Below, in pieces: positions 14,110 to 16,572 of a stretch of 16,572 nucleotides of DNA; positions within the stretch are counted from its first letter, which is position 1, and each line of letters starts with the position of its first letter. The notes below the pieces were generated by a model. The model did no database searches. It was not told the DNA's origin and saw nothing but the letters and a program-made list of their open reading frames with translations. Location: IMG/VR virus record IMGVR_UViG_3300013426_000031; one strand, 5' to 3'. Both the position numbers and the translations under genes were made by a program. Source of the stretch: a virus.

Positions 14110-14156
14110 TCTCTTTTATATATATATTATATTATATTATTTATAAAAAATAAAAG
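14110..14156 (-). promoter_or_regulatory. Class I conserved promoter-like motif (copy 5, slightly diverged)
   Basis: ctcttttatatatatattatattatattatttataaaaaataaaagg matches the other class I copies. Confidence 0.5.
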
Positions 14157-14180
14157 GAGTTAGATTTTTCTAACTCCTTT
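14135..14180 (-). terminator. Rho-independent terminator ending the unit that contains the RNA ligase
   Basis: A perfect 10-bp stem (aggagttaga / tctaactcct) closes a tttt loop, and TTTTATTTTTTAT follows on the minus strand. It lies 3' of the stop at 14185. Confidence 0.65.
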
Positions 14181-14184
14181 CGAT

Positions 14185-14481
14185 TTATTCAAGCTCCTCG
14201 TCAATTACAATACCACCGTGTATAATAACGCGCTTGTCATTATAATCAAAATATACTTCATTTTCGCTTTCACTTACATCAAATTTGCCTTCCCATCGGC
14301 GCAGTTCATTACCATTATAATCATATACAATGACGCATCTATTAAGACCACCACTATAATTAGATTTCATAGATTTCCAAGAGCGTTGAAAGTCAGCGCC
14401 ACGGAAGAAAAGTATAAAAGAACCACCCAATAAAATAAGAATAAGAGCGATAACAAGGATAGCTTTCACAGTATCATTCAT
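14185..14481 (-). CDS. Membrane-anchored 98-aa protein with one N-terminal TM helix
   Basis: The ATG at 14481 has GGAGGG 6 nt upstream and shares an ATGA overlap with the upstream gene. Hydrophobic segment AILVIALILILLGGSFILFF. Confidence 0.65.
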   Translation of the reverse strand: MNDTVKAILVIALILILLGGSFILFFRGADFQRSWKSMKSNYSGGLNRCVIVYDYNGNELRRWEGKFDVSESENEVYFDYNDKRVIIHGGIVIDEELE

Positions 14482-14699
14482 CGGATACCCTCCACAATAG
14501 ACTTAACTTTTTCAAAGAGGCAATTAAGTTCGGTGCAATCTTGCTCAATATAATTAAAATTCTTTTCGATGGGTTCGGCATGCGCATCATGGACATCACA
14601 GCCCAAATTGACAAGCGCGCCTGTCATATCATCTACGTATGCCAGAAGACGCAGGTAATCATCTTCGGCAATCTTATGTTTCTTTTGGAAAAGTTTCAT
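14478..14699 (-). CDS. Hypothetical 73-aa protein
   Basis: The ATG at 14699 has GAGGAG 8 nt upstream, inside the 3' end of the ligase gene. Confidence 0.6.
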   Translation of the reverse strand: MKLFQKKHKIAEDDYLRLLAYVDDMTGALVNLGCDVHDAHAEPIEKNFNYIEQDCTELNCLFEKVKSIVEGIR

Positions 14700-14701
14700 A
14701 A

Positions 14702-16039
14702 TTAAAGCTCCTCTGCGATAGTTTCATCAAGCGGATTTACATCAAGAACGGCAATGTTCTTGAGAAGTTTGTAGGAAAAGTTTTTATGCTTATATGCAGT
14801 AAAAGAAGGCTTATCAACGAGACGAATTACAACACCTTCGCGCACATGACGAGGGTCGATAAGTTCAGGACCATCATAATATTGTTCCGCCTTATGGAGT
14901 ACCCATTCACCTGCAGAAATGGTATCATCTTCATCGCATGCCGGATGCTCGGGGATATAACCGCGCCATTCAACAGGTACAAATTTTACGCCCATTTGCT
15001 CACAACGATAGCGCACATAAGAAGGCGGGTATTCAATAGTATAACCGCTTTCATCGGTATAAGTCATACGATATACCCAGAAGTCATTCTTGGGGCCATT
15101 TACTCCAGTAGGATCACAGCCATAAGAGAAAGTAGTGGTATCGCCGTATTGCTTAATGAATTCTTTATCGCCGGTTTTCTTATTAGATACAGTACCCATA
15201 ATCGGCACACCATCATCAGTATATCCACAGATTTCCATAAAGATTTCTTCGTTTTTATGAAGTTTACCCTTAATTGCTTCAAAGGCATGACGGCGAAACT
15301 CATTAGAGCCATAGAAACCGCCGTCCCAGTCAGTAATCAAAGTGCGTCGAGTGCCATTAATATAGTCATATTCATAAATGGGTTTGCCGGAACGCTTAAA
15401 GAGACGGTCTAAAAGAGAACGGTGATAGCCCTTTAAGACGGGGAAATAACCAATACGATGGCTTGTACCGTCGAGTTTACGCGTAATTTCAATAAGATCA
15501 CCCGGTTTAAAAGCATTAAGATTGTATGCCAACTGGGCCGTGTCCACGTGTTCTGTAAAAAGAGGAGCAATAGGATCTTTGTGCTTGCGCGTCTTGCTTA
15601 CATTAGGGCCATTGGTCTTTGTTTTGTTGGTGCGGGGAATATACTTTTGGCAAATAGGATGACCATTAAATTCGCTTACAAGGTCGCCTACTTTGAGAGT
15701 ATTAATATCACCAAAAGAAGAAAGACAAGAAAGCGGAAGATACGTGCCGTCAGACGGCTCACCGCGCAAACGAATAGTGCCTACGTTGCGCTTGTCGGCA
15801 TCAAGGTAGCCGGTATCCTTTTCGCCCTTTTGGTTCTTACGGCATAGATGATTTATATCACAGAAAACGGCATCAAGCTGAAGTCCAGTGGGAAAATAAA
15901 TGCCGATATCGCCTACCTTAACATCAAGAGAAACGCAAGTATCATTGCCGAAGAAAGTAGCAATTTGAAGGCGGTCGGCGTTGCTATGCGGGCGCAGATC
16001 TTTTACTTTAACAATATAACCACAATGATTAATATCCAT
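14702..16039 (-). CDS. ATP-dependent RNA ligase-like nucleotidyltransferase (Rnl family), 445 aa, with a ~180-aa N-terminal extension
   Basis: The covalent nucleotidyltransferase motifs are present:
- motif I: ITRKLDGTS (putative adenylylated Lys);
- motif III-like: EIFMEICGY;
- motif IV: EGVVIR;
- motif V: YKHKN.
The ATG at 16039 has AAAGGAA upstream. Confidence 0.62.
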   Translation of the reverse strand: MDINHCGYIVKVKDLRPHSNADRLQIATFFGNDTCVSLDVKVGDIGIYFPTGLQLDAVFCDINHLCRKNQKGEKDTGYLDADKRNVGTIRLRGEPSDGTYLPLSCLSSFGDINTLKVGDLVSEFNGHPICQKYIPRTNKTKTNGPNVSKTRKHKDPIAPLFTEHVDTAQLAYNLNAFKPGDLIEITRKLDGTSHRIGYFPVLKGYHRSLLDRLFKRSGKPIYEYDYINGTRRTLITDWDGGFYGSNEFRRHAFEAIKGKLHKNEEIFMEICGYTDDGVPIMGTVSNKKTGDKEFIKQYGDTTTFSYGCDPTGVNGPKNDFWVYRMTYTDESGYTIEYPPSYVRYRCEQMGVKFVPVEWRGYIPEHPACDEDDTISAGEWVLHKAEQYYDGPELIDPRHVREGVVIRLVDKPSFTAYKHKNFSYKLLKNIAVLDVNPLDETIAEEL

Positions 16040-16099
16040 TTATATCAATTCCTTTCAAGTCGAGAGGCAATAAATGCCTCCCGATGGTTGTTTTAAGTG

Positions 16100-16249
16100 T
16101 TAGTTAATAGGAACAAAGAAGGCAATGCTTTCGGTAATCCAGCGCATTTTTTCGGTGTCGTAGTAAAGAACACGGAAATTATTACCTTCGTCTCGGAAGA
16201 TTTGAGCAACGTCATATGTCTTTCCGTCTACGTTATTTTTCATTTTCAT
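16100..16249 (-). CDS. Candidate 49-aa protein (MKMKNNVDGKTYDVAQIFRDEGNNFRVLYYDTEKMRWITESIAFFVPIN)
   Basis: It is not in the ORF track. The ATG at 16249 has GGAGGAA 6 nt upstream and overlaps the 3' end of the upstream gene by 17 nt. Confidence 0.35.
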   Translation of the reverse strand: MKMKNNVDGKTYDVAQIFRDEGNNFRVLYYDTEKMRWITESIAFFVPIN

Positions 16250-16547
16250 TGTTATTCCTCCATAAGATATCAAATGTGTTTCGGCCCCATGTATAGTTTG
16301 TCGTGAAGCCTTGCGCTTCCAATAGATTAGAAAGTGTTTTTACTGTGTAGTTGGTTGAACTTTCGCGGTCTTCGTCGGCAAGCGCAAATGAATAGATATA
16401 GTTGCCGTTTTTGGCGCTTTCTAGAAGAGCAGGTGTAATTTCATCGATAATTTGACGCGCACGTTCAGTTGCTTTATTTTGTCTATCTTTTTCGGTCAAT
16501 GCGGTCAAATTTCTTGCTTGTTCATAAAGAGATATATTTAAACTCAT
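16233..16547 (-). CDS. Hypothetical 104-aa protein
   Basis: The ORF has an ATG at 16547 but no clear SD. It is in the same orientation as the operon. Confidence 0.5.
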   Translation of the reverse strand: MSLNISLYEQARNLTALTEKDRQNKATERARQIIDEITPALLESAKNGNYIYSFALADEDRESSTNYTVKTLSNLLEAQGFTTNYTWGRNTFDILWRNNNENEK

Positions 16548-16572
16548 TTTGTAAGTGGAGACTTTTAGTCTC

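Noticed and set aside
52-14180. The five class I repeats read as a CRISPR array or a mobile-element terminal repeat
   Set aside because: The copies are 4-5 kb apart, all in one orientation, and exactly intergenic. No short regularly spaced repeat-spacer structure, inverted terminal repeats, target-site duplications or transposase gene is present.
3886-15312. Nested minus-strand ORFs in alternative frames (3886-4128, 5417-5620, 6227-6427, 9252-9443, 12149-12430, 15100-15312)
   Set aside because: They are fully contained in alternative frames of longer minus-strand genes and have no RBS. They are most likely chance ORFs.
170-16306. All plus-strand ORFs in the track (170-607, 713-1186, 1927-2385, 2792-3034, 2961-3413, 3353-3592, 4817-5137, 5320-5577, 5349-5549, 5625-5816, 6749-6952, 6922-7299, 7549-7737, 8527-8727, 8869-9054, 9323-9523, 9602-9952, 10744-10983, 11887-12165, 12757-13011, 13029-13364, 14218-14433, 14786-15412, 15458-15847, 15848-16096, 16097-16306)
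   Set aside because: Every one lies antisense to a longer, better-supported minus-strand gene. None has an SD. Their products are the Ile/Phe/Asn/Lys-rich low-complexity strings expected from the reverse strand of AT-rich coding sequence. No plus-strand promoter or terminator is evident.
1-16572. tRNA, rRNA, integrase or attachment sites, and transposases
   Set aside because: I found no cloverleaf-like GC-rich ~75-nt segment, no rRNA-like conserved stretch, and no protein with recombinase or transposase motifs among the translated ORFs.

Overview
The window is an AT-rich, gene-dense, phage-like region in which every supportable gene lies on the minus strand. I call about 39 minus-strand CDSs, many only 20-150 aa. 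Most are joined by ATGA, TAATG or GTGA stop/start overlaps, and most have an AGGAG/GGAGG Shine-Dalgarno 5-10 nt upstream. That fits a Firmicutes-type phage or prophage; the host assignment is inference only.

Transcription appears modular. A strongly conserved ~45-50 bp AT-rich motif (class I) occurs five times. In four of those copies it sits immediately downstream, in the transcribed direction, of a GC-stem hairpin followed by a U-run. These terminator-promoter cassettes split the window into at least six transcription units. Two further intergenic sites carry a different motif that reads as a canonical sigma70/sigmaA promoter (TTGAAA, 17-bp spacer with TG, TATAAT).

The proteins I can recognise are:
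- a 368-aa divergent S-adenosylmethionine synthetase (MetK) homolog with several catalytic-motif substitutions, at 6847-7953;
- a 445-aa RNA ligase-like nucleotidyltransferase with motifs KLDG, EGVVIR and KHK, at 14702-16039;
- a tandem array of six diverged paralogous small acidic proteins of 89-109 aa that share an N-terminal core (MK-YVV...C-T--DAEE-ILS), at 12162-13911;
- a 579-aa protein with a C-terminal cluster of CxxC pairs;
- a 471-aa protein ending in an unusual Met-rich tail;
- several small membrane proteins and micro-ORFs.

I found no tRNA or rRNA gene, CRISPR array, transposase or integrase. The listed plus-strand ORFs look like antisense artefacts of AT-rich sequence.
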